The position numbers and the translations under genes are program-made. Of a stretch of 64,000 nt of DNA, positions 25,301 through 39,800 are shown in pieces; within the stretch, counting starts at the first letter, position 1; the number at the start of each line of letters is the position of its first letter. The notes below the pieces were generated by a model. The model saw nothing but the letters and a program-made list of their open reading frames with translations. It made no database searches and was not told the DNA's origin. Origin of the DNA: Eledone cirrhosa (taxonomy: Eukaryota); assembly GCA_964016885.1 (NCBI GenBank), contig OZ024741.1, positions 330,088,001-330,152,000 of the forward strand, written 5' to 3'.

Positions 25301-28300
25301 GTAATCTTTTGTAAAACCAACTCCACCCATCCATTCTATACACTTTGATGTAGTTTCTGTTGCCACCTGAAGAAATAAAATAAATACCAAAAAGAATTAC
25401 ATTAAGGATACACATGTCTGTGGAATACTCAGCCACTTATACATTAATTTCACTAGTAGTCTGCTCCATTAATTGAACAACTGGAACACTTGTCATCAGA
25501 ACTGACAGAAGTTCATTCCATTCCATTCAAGATAATAACAACACAAGGTAACTTTAGTAAAAATTTTAATTTACAGCTCACATCTATGTAGGTTTAGCTT
25601 GCCTCGTATGAGGTTGCATCTTATATGAGGTTTCTCAGGTGTTATAATGATAGAGGTCCCAATTCTGTCATGCTGTTGTTGTTACAACTCACACCTATGT
25701 AGGTTTAGCTAGCCTCATACGGGGTTGTATTTTATAGGAGGTTTCTTATGGGCTTTAATGATAAGGGTCCCAGTCTTATGTTGTTACAGCTGACATCTAT
25801 GTAGATTTAGCTGGCCTCCTATCAGGTTGTATTTTATACGTTTCTCAAGTGTTTTAATGATAGGGGCCCCAATCCTGTCATGTTGTTGTTGTTGTTACAG
25901 CTCACGTCTATGAAGGCTTACCTGGCCTCCTATGAAGTTGTATATTATAGGTTTCTTTGGTGCTTTAATGATAGAGGCCTCAGTCATATCATGAAAAGCA
26001 ACATGAAATAAAGCATCTTTCTCAAGAACACAATTAGCCACTTGGTTCAGAAATTGAACCCATGACCGTATGACCGAGTTTGATACCCAAACCACTAGGC
26101 CACACACGTTTATTATGACCCCGTTAGTGTTGATCCTGATCAAGATTGAATCCAGACCAGGATCTCTACCACCTACATATGCCTTTACTCACAAGACCAC
26201 CAAAGACAGGTACAATTTTGGTACGTGACAAAATAAACATAAAAACTACTTATTTTTTCCATATTTTAAATTTTCTAAGCACATTCCAATAAGATATCTT
26301 AATTTTTTCTTAACCCTTTTGTTATCACATTTCTAATGAAAGACCTGTCCCCTATGATTTTCAAATAATTTTGAAAATAATCATGAATTTGGAGGGATTT
26401 AGTAATATAACTAATTTTCTTATCATTAAGTTGGTGTTTGAAACATAACTTAAGAAAGGTTCTTACATAAAATTATGATAGTAGTTGTTGTTTAGCCCCA
26501 GGTCAACTTTGATTGAGGAGCTTTATAATTAAACCATTCTAGCCATCACCACCACATCTTATTTTCAGACAATGCACCAAGACAATGATCCAAATAACTT
26601 ATTTTTTTAAGGTGGTAAAGTGTGATTTGAGGGAAATTTGGGTTCTATTTCTAGTAGGTTGTCAAAACACATACAAGCTTCCTTGTATTATGATTATGAA
26701 CATTGAAGCATTTAAATCAAGTCTGACAACTTAGTGAAGCAGAAATTGTAATTACAATTATGGTTATATATATACACACACACACACACACACGCATGTG
26801 TGTGTGTTTACTTTTACTGTTTGTTTATGTCGCATAACATAGCAATACAACAAAATGAGGTCAGTGAAATAAGTACCAGAGTTAAAAGAAAACAATAACC
26901 TGGGAGTACTTCATGGCAGTGCTGAAGCATGGCCACACTCTAATGACTGTAACCAGTACAAGAATATATAACAATAACCTAGGAGTACTTTGTGACAGTG
27001 CTGCAGCATGGCCAGTCTAATGACTGTAACCAGTACAAGAATATATAAGAATAACTCAGAGAAATATAGAAGAAATTGAATATTTTACCTCAGATGCAAA
27101 CAGTTTAGCCATTGCTGCTTCTTTCATAATAGGGAGACCGGCTTCCTTCATTCGAGCAGCATTATAAACTAGGAGACGTGCAGCTTCAATCTGTGTTGCA
27201 ACACGAGCTATTTGGTGTTGCATCGACTGTTGATATTAAAGAGGGAGAGATATATAGAGAAAACAAAGATGAATGTAATGGAAGTGTGCAATACAGTGTA
27301 TTTGGTGTTGCATCAATTGTTGACATTAGAGAGGGATATATAGAGAAGAGAGAGATGAATGCAATGGAAGTGTGCAACGTGGTATATTTGATGTTGTATT
27401 GATTGTTGGCATTAGAGAGAGATATAGAGAGAAGAGAGAGATGAAGTGAGCAAAGTAAAATAAAACAAAAAAAATGTAAGTAAAAAGAATAATTGTTTCT
27501 ACTTTTGGCACAAGGCCAGCAATTACTCCAGTGCATTACTGGTACTTTATTTTATCGACCCCGTAAGGATGAAAGGCAAAGTTAACCTCGGCGGGATTTG
27601 AACTCAGAATGGCAAGGGCTGTAACTCTATGCGTCAAAGCATGGCGTCCGACTCTCTACCGATACTGCCAATCCATCGCCCTTAAGTAAAAAGAATAATG
27701 AAAGCATTTATGTAATACAATGTTGCATGAAGAATATTGTCTTATGTTGGCTGTAAAAAATGAGATGGTAGTTGAAGGAGAATGATGATGGTGGTGGTTG
27801 TGGTGATGATGATGATAATGGTGGTGATGGTGATAATCATCATCATCACCATTTAATGTCCATTTTTGCACACTATCATGAGTTAGACGAGTTGTCCTAT
27901 TGTGAGACAAGCCAGGTCAGATGACTGTCTTGCTCATGAAAATCACCACCACCATCATTTAAAATCTATTTTTCCATGCTGGCATGAGTTGGTGAGGTTG
28001 TCACAGACCAAGCCAGTACATAATTGACAGACAGGCAGAAAACCATGCCTTACTTAGATATGTTCTAGTTTTGATATGGTGTTTGCAACTGGATGCTGTT
28101 CCTAACACCAACAACTTTACGGAGTGCAATGGGCGCATTTTATTGTGACATCAGCACTATGGATCTTGTCATGTCCTTGACATAATTGAAGAGTTTTTAC
28201 AACTCTTTGTATGGCATGATTTCTACAGCTGGGGGCCCTTCCTATAGACAACCAGTTTACAGAGTGCACAGGAGGCATTTTATCATGATATCAGCACTAG

Positions 28301-30784
28301 GGGTCTGGTTATGTCTTTGACACAACTGAAGAATCTTCAACAATTTGTATGACATGGTTTCTACATCTATGGGTCCTTTTCTATTGACAACCACTTTAAG
28401 TTTTCAGTGGTCAAAAAGCTGAGTCTATCACAATGGCAGCATGTCTCAGACACTCTAGAATAGAGCCTACAGCTGTTCAGAGCTGACATATTTATGATCT
28501 CTAAAGTGAATGCGATGTATGTTTGATGTGGTGATGTGGGATTTATCAAGGTCAATGTGTGAAAATAGCGGAAGTGTGAAAAATATGACTGACCTGGAAA
28601 TCCCATATACTTTGTCCAAATTGCTTTCGTTGCATAACATAATCAATAGTGTGAGCAAGACAGCCACTTGATAAACCAATCATCTGCAAGCAAATATATC
28701 AAAATATGCCATAATGCCCAACTAATTTGATGTTTTAAAATATAAGGAATGCGATGAGTGGAGAGATGCTGTGCCGAGAAGGACCAGTTCAAGCGTGGAA
28801 AAACAGACATAAAGATGATGATGATATATATATATATTGTAGTACAAACTTGGTATAAATATCCAAGGGTTTAGAGCACTCAGTCCATAGGACCAGTTAA
28901 GTATAATTAGTAACAACAGTATCATATACAGGTATATATATATGTAAAGAAGACCATTATTGCTCCTACCAGTCTATTCCCCATCGATAACTACCCTAAA
29001 TATATACACTATATACACTCATAAGTCCTATATATATATATATACACTATACACACACATATATATATATATATATATGCAAATAAGCAGATAGAACCAT
29101 CAAACACGCAAATGTCAATGCAGACACACCCAGAATGAATGCAAGCAATCATCAAATGCCCTATATGCAAATAATACACTCAGAAAACAAAGCCAACAAT
29201 AAACAAAACATCTAGTAGACAAGACCATCAGATTCCAAACTTGTAAAAACAAAGCTAATCATGAACATTGGAGCCAAGACATCCCTAAAAATCCCTACCT
29301 CAGACATCATCCATATTTCCCAACCCCTAACCTGCTCTAAATATGAGTATGAGGAAGACGGACATTTTCAAGCTGCAGCTGTCAAATTACCAGTTTCTCT
29401 ATATGAATAGACATTAAACAATATCTATTATTACCTGTAGCAACTACAACACCATTACGTAATAGGTCTTGCTCCACCCCAACACATATACCCTTGACCT
29501 TAAATCCTCAAACAATCCCCCAAGATGACATGATGTTTTGCATCAAGAGACCCAGGTTTCACAACATAACGTAAAAACCAATTATCATGAAAATATACTA
29601 AGCTATTAAGGAAATGAGTGAAATGATATAAGATGAATAATACAAGAAGTCTAGTTCCTACTCCATAACCTAAAAACCAAATACAAATTAAAATAAAGAA
29701 AATACTCAATTTATTAAGAAAAAGCAAAATGAATCCGATATATATATATATATATATATATTGTAGTATAAACTTGGTATAAATATTATGGGACTAGTTA
29801 AGTATAATTAATTACAATTGATATGTGCAAGTACTTAAGTTTCTTTGGGTTGTTTACTCCAACTCATTCAGCCTGTCATAAAAAAAAGTTTTAAAAAAGT
29901 TTTTTTTTCTTTTTATGACAGGCTGAATGAGTTGGAATAAACAACCCAATGAAACTTAAGTACTTGCACATATCAATTGTAATTAATTATATAATATACA
30001 CATATATATATATTGCTCATATGGGACTGCACTTTGGCTGGGTTTTTACAGCTGCTGTAAACCAGGTTTACAGTGTGGGACTGGGTGGTCCCACTTATGA
30101 GGGAAGTCTGGCCAGTTGGTCACGCCATACTTTGCCCATATGGTTTTGTGTTTTGGCTGGGTTTTTACAGTTGTACGATGTCCTTTCTAACACCATCCAT
30201 GTCACAGTGTGTGACTGGAGAGTCTGGCCAGTTGGCTATGCTATACCCTGTTCATAGCAGAACCGTATTGTGGGTGCTAACTGGGCACGTTATGAAGCAT
30301 GATGATATATATATATATATATATATAGTAGTGATATAGATATATATATATCACTATATATCAGTAAACAGGGTGCATTTTATTGTGGCACCAACACTTG
30401 AGAAGCATATACTCAGTAATACCATTGTCCTCTCTCTACAAAAAAAAGCCCTGAAAATTGTTGAAGAAAATAAAAAAAACAGAAATATCCCAAACCTGAG
30501 ATCCAATGCCAATCCTTCCTTCATTAAGAATACCAATAGCATATTTATAACCATGGCCAATGGTTCCAAGAATGTTTTCTTCTGGTACCTGCAAATTGAA
30601 ATACAGGAATTAACTCTTCTATCAATTAAGTTACTACAATTGGTGCAGCCAGATATTAGGGTGTCATTTCTAGACATTTGACTATGTGTCTATCATGGCA
30701 TTCTGGCATTATGGTATTTCAGTAGGCCTTAGCAGTGCTTCACGGTGCCCACCTTGTCTCCAAGCATGTATGTGTGTGTGTGTG

Positions 30785-30849
<65 letters not shown>

Positions 30850-33800
30850 TTCAATGAAAATATGAGAAGGTTGGATTCCAATATATACTTTTAATGTTGC
30901 ACAATTACATAATTTGCATTACTATGGCCAGCTTACATCATCACACCACAATAAAATATTTGATGTCATCAGATGTAATGAACATAAAAGATTCAGTTCA
31001 GTAATCCCTACTGGGTTACATCAAAATACAAAACAAAGGATTGATACAGAGGTGGACAGACCAGCGATACAATCACTATGATGGATGGCTGAGATATGTC
31101 CAAGACATGCTGTGTGTCAGGACAGCACCTTAGACATGCTGTGTCATGACAGTGTCCAAGACATGGTGTGTCAGGTCAGTGTCCAATACATGCTGAGTGT
31201 CAGGACAGTGTCCAAGACATGCTGTGTCAGGACAGTGTCCAAGAAATGTCATGTGTCACGAAAGTGTCCAAGACATGCCATGTGTCATGGCAGTGCCCCT
31301 GTGATCCTATAATAAGGTAAATGACCTACAACAATCAACAATAAATGTCTGATTACCTTGACATTATCAAAATGAACCATACATGTGCTGGACGCTCGGA
31401 TTCCTAATTTGTCTTCTTTCTTGGCCACTGTTAATCCTTCCGTGTCTTTCTCAACAATAAAACATGTGATACCTCGATAACCCTGAAAATAACAGAAAAT
31501 AGTTTTTAAATGGAGACACACTTTAAATCATACACCACCACCACCATTATCATCAACATCATCACCACGACCACCACCACTACCACCATCATCATCATCA
31601 AGAACACCATCACCATGTTGGCATGGGTTAGACAAGTTATTACATACTGAAATTAAACTGGTCAGGTGACCATATCTTGCTCAAACATTTCATTTTTTGT
31701 TTGGTTTCTATGGCTGGATGCCCTTCCTAATGCCAACCAGCTTGCAGGGTGGACTTGGAGCTTTTTATGATGGCACCAGCATTACTACCTTACAGATGGT
31801 TGCTGTTGTTGGTGGTGATGATGATGTGAGTGATAGTGGTGGTAGTGATAATGATGATGGTGGTGATGTTGTTGATGATGATGATGGTGGTGGTGGTGGA
31901 GGTGGTGGTGGTGATAATGATAGTGGTGATGATGATGATGGTGGTGGTGGTGGTGAAGATAGTGATGATGATGATGATGATACTTTATAACATCAAATGC
32001 AATCCCCCATTTTACTGATATGAAATATCTTTTGTTAGCTGAAAGTCCTGAATTTCCAATGAGACGTGAATACAAAAAACAGCAAGATACTGAAGTAGAT
32101 ACAACAAAGCTTCAAATCCATTTCTTTCTAACAATTTACAGATTTACAGAAATGATCCCTAATGATACTTACTGCTTCAGGTTTGACATTTGCCATCACC
32201 AAAAACACTCCAGCATGTTCAGCATTTGTAATCCACATCTTACTACCGTTAATAATATAGTAGTCACCATTTTTCACAGCTGATGTTTTCAAAGCAAAGG
32301 CATCGGAGCCAGCCCCTGGTTCTGACAGACAGAAACTTCCGACCTGGTTAAAAGAAATAAAATAAAATAAAGAATTAATTACAGTGGATTTTTTTTAAAA
32401 CTCTTTTCTACTATTTCATATCCAATTTTTTACATTCAGCAGTAATTTTACTTTTGAGATGCACCAACATTGTAGCGAGACAGGATAGTACTATTTTATC
32501 ATTGTGGCGTAATTTGGTTGTGCTTGGTCAGTCGCCAGCTCTGTAAGGTTCGTGGCATATGAATACAAATGACCATTTCTGACCAGCAGTAGAACGCGCC
32601 TTTTGCAAAACTAACCAGTTGCACTTTGGACACTGGTAGTGTAACAGCTCCTAACTAGCTTGCCCAGTTTTTGATTTTTCTCTCTAACATTGAGAGTTCT
32701 TTAGACGGCTTTTCAGGGATTTACCATTTATCCGTCGTCTTTGTTTTATCTAAATATTCTAATCCCTGACTATAAGTAAGGATAAATTAGAGCCTGTCTC
32801 ATTGCATTTTTTGACATACTAGAAACAAAAAACATTCATTTCGCTGGCATCTGCACACACAAAATCTTGTTGCATACATTTTGTAACGTGTTCAAAACAA
32901 TCAAAGGAATAAATTATTTTTGTATAAAAAAGCTACGCCTTCTGATCTATACTTTTTGATCCATTGGAACACTTCTTATACATCTCCATCTTCCTAAAGT
33001 GGCAATCGTGCTAAAAGGTAATAATTGTTTCTACTTTTGGCACAAGGCCAGCAATTATCCCAGTGCATTACTAGTACTTTATTTTATCAACCCTGTAAGG
33101 ATGAAAGGCAAAGTTAACCTCGGCGGGATTTGAACTCAGACCATAAAGGGCCATAACTCTATGCTGCAAAGCATGGTGTCCGACCCTCTACCGATACTGC
33201 CAATTCACTGCTAAAAGGTAATAATGACTACTAAAACATCGTCATGACTTGACATTTGAGTGGCATTACTATGATCATCAGCATCATCATGGCTTGACAT
33301 CGCTAATGAAGATTTAAGAAGAGAAGTTACCAACATCTATTGCAGGCTTGCTGGTAGCTAACAAAACCTATATAGGACAAGCAGACAACTTGGCTAAGGA
33401 GGTTGCTCACATCTATTACTGGTATTACTGGATTGCTGGTAGCTGATGAGACCAATACAGGACAGACAGACCCCTTTGCTAAGAGGGCTGTCCACATCTA
33501 CTATTGGATTACTGGTGGCTGATGAGACCCATCAATATAGGACAGACAGACTTGGCTGAAGCAGCTGCAAGGAAAAATTTTTTCTGGGTTTGGTGTTGCT
33601 TTGCCATGTTGTCTTCCACAGAGTCCTTTTGTCCTCAACATTAGCCCCCTACCAACAATTCTGAACAAGGAAAGACTAGCGAACAGTATAGCATCAAGTC
33701 ATGTGATCAGACCACAGGAGATGGTGACATCACACTCACTCAAGGAAAGTACATACACAATACATAGGCCTCTCCTTACAGGGTTTTATCTTACCTTGAA

Positions 33801-36800
33801 AACATGCAAAATTACAAATTTTAAAAGAAAAAATATAAAACTAACAGACCGTATCACTTGTCAGCCGAGGCAAATATTTTTCTTTGTGGGCTGGTGAAGC
33901 ATGACTTCGAAATACAGCATTAACAACAGTGTTATGTACATCCACCATAGCACTAACTGCTGGATCAACTTTAGCTAGTTCCTCAATCACCAAATTAGCA
34001 ACAAAGAATGATGAACCGGTGCCACCATATGCCGGATCAATATCTATTCCCATTAACTGGAAACAAAAAAATTCTCTTTCATGACTATTTTTTTAATGAA
34101 ATACTTTATACCAAAATTAATGAAGAATTTAAAGAGATTTACTAAAATTATATTGGAAGATTTTAATTCAACTCTTTCATAACCGTATTTCTAATTAAAT
34201 ACTTTATATTAATTCAGATTTTAATTTAATATTTTTGTGACCATATTTGTAATGAAATATTTTAATCTATGAAATGGTTTGGAGCATTGCGTGTGTTGAT
34301 ATTTTGTAAAATTGTAGGCATATCAAACACAAAAATAGCTGTAAAATTATCAGCTGCTATAATGATCATAGCAAAGAGTCAGGTTAAACAAAACTTCTTA
34401 ATGAATGGAAGAGCGGAAATAGCTGTAAAACAGCCAGCCAGTATGATGAACATTCCATTCATTAAAAGGTTTTGTTTAACCAGACTCTTTGCTATGATCA
34501 TTGTAGTTATTTTCATGCTTAAGATTCATACAATTTTACAAAATATTTTAATTAATTAATGACGAATTTCAAGAGATTTACTGAAATTATCTCGGAAGAT
34601 TTTAATTCAACACTTTCCATACATTCTATTTTAATTCAACACTTTCCATACATTCTATTTTAATTCAACACTTTCCATACATTCTATTTTAATTCAACAC
34701 TTTCCATACATTCTATTTTAATTCAACACTTTCCATACATTCTATTTTAATTCAACACTTTCCATACATTCTATTTTAATTCAACACTTTCCATACATTC
34801 TATTTTAATTCAACACTTTCCATACATTCTATTTTAATTAATTTTGAGGGATTTACTAAAATTCTTAATTATTTCATTACTAAGATTGTAATTTTTAACA
34901 TATGGTTCTTAGATAAAATTATGTTTGAAAATTTTAATTTAACCCTTTTGTAACCATATTTCCAATGAAATATACTCTATTGTAATTAATTAATGAAGAA
35001 TTTTGAGAGATTTATTAAAATTATGAATTATTTCATTACTCTAAGGTAGTTCTAATGAAAAACACGCTATTTCAGTTAGTGTATACACTCATACACTCAT
35101 GTATAAGCCAAGAAGCCAATAATAAAATGGAAGAGAGGTGTGTGAGGGGGGGGGGGGGGGGATAAATTCAAGGTCAATATTTAGCAGATTTTCACGAACT
35201 TCAACATTTACATAAAAAAGGCGCCAAAATATCAAAATATCTGTAGTGAAACATACAAATACTTCCATAAATTTTTGTGAATGAAAATGAAAATATTTGA
35301 AAAATGTTTGTTCCTATATTTGGAAAATATATCTGAAAAGTATTCAATTTTACAGAAGTTATCTGGGGACAATTTCAGGTGGGGACAGTGCACTAGTTTA
35401 TTTATTTGACTAAATTTGTTAGCAAATGCGTATAGATGGCCAGACTCATATATACAGCCATTCTATCATCATCATCAGCAGCATCATTTAACATCCACTT
35501 TCCCTGCTAACAAGGGTTGAACAGGTCTTCACTGACCGAGTCTTTACAGAAGCAGGACCACTGACCTCCCAGACAGGCTGAAGGTGGGGGTCGCATCTCC
35601 CTTACATACAGTTTCATGTTTACCAAGTGCATTCTAGGTCTGCATTTAAGAGGCTTCAGAATTTGTTTCTAAATCTTACTTTTTTATTACACATTTTTCT
35701 AGCTACACATTTTTGATGGGGACATTTGCCGCCAGTACTAATACCAAACTTTCTGTAGGCGCATCAATGTAATTTAACCTAAAAATGACCATTACAACTA
35801 ATTTAAGTACTGTTAGCATTTTAGACATAATATTACATCTAATTACTACTATAGGAAACGATTGACAAGATCTCAAATCTTATTCACTTACTGAGTGGGG
35901 TGGAACTCGTCAAATCGAACCAAAATAACAATGTTTCCCTTGGTCTTTCCATTGCTGATACTATATCCATTGCTAATCCTGGTAGAAAGAGCAACATGAA
36001 ATAAAGTGTCTTGTTCAAGGACATAACACATCACCCAATCCAGGAATCAAACTCGCAACCTCACAAATGTGAATCCAACTCTCTAATCACTAAGTCATGC
36101 ACCTTTACTACTAATAAGTAGTACTATCCTTACAAAAAAAAAAAAATGAAGAACTATTAACAGAATTTCTAACCACCCAAAGGCAGTATCTTCCTTTAAA
36201 AATATGGTAACAAAAAGGTTGATGATATATGTAAAAATTCACTCCTACACTATATGGTTAAACATGGTTTTGAAATCAAAACTTCCCAATGTTACCTCTT
36301 TGTTATAACACTTACTCCATTTTCAAACATGGCGTCGATGACGGACTGATCCATTCTACTATTTTCATCCATTTCTTTCACAAGTGGTTGAACCACCTCA
36401 GCAGCCAAACGAGCAACTATATATAGAAATAATATCCATATGTGTAGTGTCAATATATATATATATATATTTGGAGCTAAAATTTTAATTCTACTTTCAA
36501 GCTGAGCCGGCTTATACAGCTCCATATGCAAATGAGGTTAATCAATCCATCTACAGAGGCAAAAAAAACTATATATTTTCGTCTCTTTCAAGTTCCAGCA
36601 GAGAGCTAGGGAAGCACTCTCCTGATGATGGCCACAGCCAGAAATATACATTGACAGTTGTCCCCTGCTGGAATCCATTAGACAGCACTAGCCATCAGCA
36701 TTTCCATAACTAGAAGGCTTTCCAAATGTTTATTTATTAAACATACCATATATATCATTAGAAATACAAAATTCATGCGCACACACACACACATTATATA

Positions 36801-39800
36801 TATATAATGTGTGTTATATATATATAATCTGTTATTTTAATAAATATTTGCTCTACGGTTCTTATATATTTGATATTTATTTATCCTTATCGAGCCCTCT
36901 TTGGATTTTAGTCTTCAAATTTATTATTATTACTATTATATATATATATATTAAAGCTTCATTGATGCTGTACTAAAATTTGTATATTATATATATATAT
37001 AAAATATATATATATATATATAAAACATATACATATATTATATGTGTGTGTGTGCGCGCGCGCGCGTGAATTTTGTATATCTAATGATATATGGTATGTT
37101 TAATATGTATATATATATATATATACACATCATATGTACATATATAACCATCAGCATCATCACCATTTAACGTCCATTGTTCCATGCTAGAATGGGTTAG
37201 ACGAGTTGTCCAGATGTGAGCCAACCCAGAGTAGATGACCGTCTCCTACTGACATTGGACCAATTGGGGATATATATATGTAGATGAGTATGTGCAAGAC
37301 GTGGTCATCTAGCCTAACTTGTCTCATAATGTGACAACCCATCTAACCCATGCAAGCATGGAAAATGGAGGTTAAATGTTGATGATGAGAATCATGATGA
37401 AGATATATATATATATACATCATATATGCATATATGTAGTATCATCATCATCATTACTGTTTAATGCCTATTTTCCATGTTTGTATGGGTTTGACAGGTT
37501 GTCACATACTGTGGTTTGACCAGTCATGTCAGCATGTCTTGCTAACATGCTCCATTTTTTTGCTTGTTTCTAAGGCTTGATGTCTTTCCTAACACCAACC
37601 ACTTTACAGGCTGTACTTGGTGCATTTTATTGCGTCACCAGCCCTACCACTTGCAGCTCTTTTTGGCAGCACCAGCACTAGAGAGGTTGTCACATGTCTT
37701 GGGCATTTAAACCTAGCTGAGCTCATCCCTCTCAAGGTTTGAACACAGCCAAATTCTGAGAGAGAGTTGGCCCCAGTACTGGACTTTTACTTTATTTACC
37801 AACCTTGAAAGGATGGAAGGCAATGATGACCTCTGTGGGATTTGACACAGAGTGTAAAGAGCCACAATGAATAATGACTGTGCCACATTTTCCACCTCTA
37901 TATCCTATGTATGGTGACTGTTGCAGTATATCTTACCTGTGTCTTTCATCAATTCTTCATCTTCTGATAACTTGTTGAGAGGTAAATGTTTATCAATTAG
38001 GCTGAGATCAATATCTGCAGCTGGAGTAGAATTCTTTCTTGAACAGGTGAAATGTTGGCTAGAAACTGGTAATGCCAACCTATGGTTTCTAGAAACAGTG
38101 GATAACCTTGTTCTGGACACATTTTGGGGCTTCAGATTTCTCCACACAGCTGGACAAAGAGCCAACTAGTAAATAAACAAACAAATAAATAAATTATCAG
38201 CACTGCCATCGCCACCATCATCACCATTTAATGTCTCTTTTCCACAATTGCATGAGTTAAGTGGGCTGTCATTTTCTGATTGAGTATTGGGTATATTTTA
38301 TTGTGGTAGCAGCACCAGAAAAGTTGTAATATACTTGACTGCTTGAAAGGTCCTTTTCATTAAAAGCCATTAGAATTAGCCAATTAGAATTATCACAATT
38401 AAGTATATGTTTGTTTAAGATTTATATAATTTTCCTTGGGACACATTTTACGCTGGTATTGATTGGAAAGGTCACAACCACATCTCGCTCATACTTTCAT
38501 ATTTTGAGCCACTTTACAGAGTATACTGGGTATATTTTATCGTGACATCATCTCTGCCTACGCTCCCCAAGCAGGCCTAGGCAAAGAAGAGAAAGACTGC
38601 TTTTACGAGCAACTTTTACAAACAGCCGCAATGACAGAGGATGGAGACATTGTTATGCTAGCAGGGGACTTCAATGGTCATGTTGGACAGCTCCAGGATG
38701 GTTACACTGTGGTACATGGTGGGCACGGTTACGGCTCAAGAAATGAAGAAGGAGTGAGACTTCTTGAATTTTGTGATGCAAGTACACTGACTATTTGCAA
38801 CACTAACTTCCAGAAACCTGCCAACCACCTAATAACTTACAAATCAGGCGAGCACATAAGCCAGATTGACTTCTTACTAGTTAGGCAGCGGGACAGTCAG
38901 ATGGTGTCAAATACCAAGGCATACCCTGGGGAAGAATGTAGCCCACAGCATAGGTTAGTCATTAGTGATATCTCAGTAAGCAAGAGATGGAATGAGACAT
39001 ACAGGAAGGTGTGGAGAAGAAAGGTCTGGAAGCTAAAAGACCTTTCACTAAAATACAAATTTAGGAAAGCCCTTCAAGATGTGTATGACAAAAAAGAAGA
39101 CGATTTAGAGTCGTATGACATAGATAATAACTGGAATTTCTTACAAGACAACTTACTGCAGGCTACTGATGAAACTTGTGGCTGGAGCAGAGTTCCAACC
39201 AGACAGAGAGTGACCTGGTGATGGAACAGCACAGTAGATAGGGCCATTAGAGACAAAAGACTAGCATGGAAGGCTTGGAAAAAGGGTGGGAGTAGAGAAG
39301 GATATACAGCCGCTAAGAGAGAAGCTAGACGTCAGGTGTACTTAGCAAGCAGGGAGGCTGAGAGTAGGAGGTTTGCCAATGTTCTGTGATGGGAAGATCA
39401 GAGGCATGTGGTGTTCCACATTGCAAGGCAGTGTGTCAATGCAAATCAAGATGATGTTGGAGATAAATGTGTCCGGAATGATGCCGGTGTACTTAGTGTC
39501 ACAAATGATCAGAAAAAGGAGGCTTGGAAATGTCATTATGAGAGATTGATGAATGTGGAGAACGAATGGGAGAGAGAGAAATTACCCTCAGTAGATTCGA
39601 CAGAGGGACCAGCTATTGAGATTGACGAATATAGGGTCCAAGAGGCGATTAAGGAAATGAAAAATGGTAAGGCTGCTGGACCGTCGGGGATAGTTGCTGA
39701 GATGCTGAAGGCATCAGGGGACGTAGGCACTAAACTGGTTGAACGCATCATCAATCAGGTTATATATAGTGGTGTCATACCCAAAAACTGGTGCAGCAGT

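Noticed and set aside
31697-32075. Poly-His, poly-Gly/Asp and poly-Val/Met ORFs
   Set aside because: These are translations of a (GGT/GAT)n microsatellite in ACADSB intron 5.
32450-33005. Possible decayed DNA-transposon coding fragment
   Set aside because: I could not identify TIRs or catalytic motifs with confidence by eye.
34599-34839. 29-bp repeats of CRISPR-like length
   Set aside because: The units are directly adjacent with no unique spacers, there are no cas genes, and the array lies in a eukaryotic intron.
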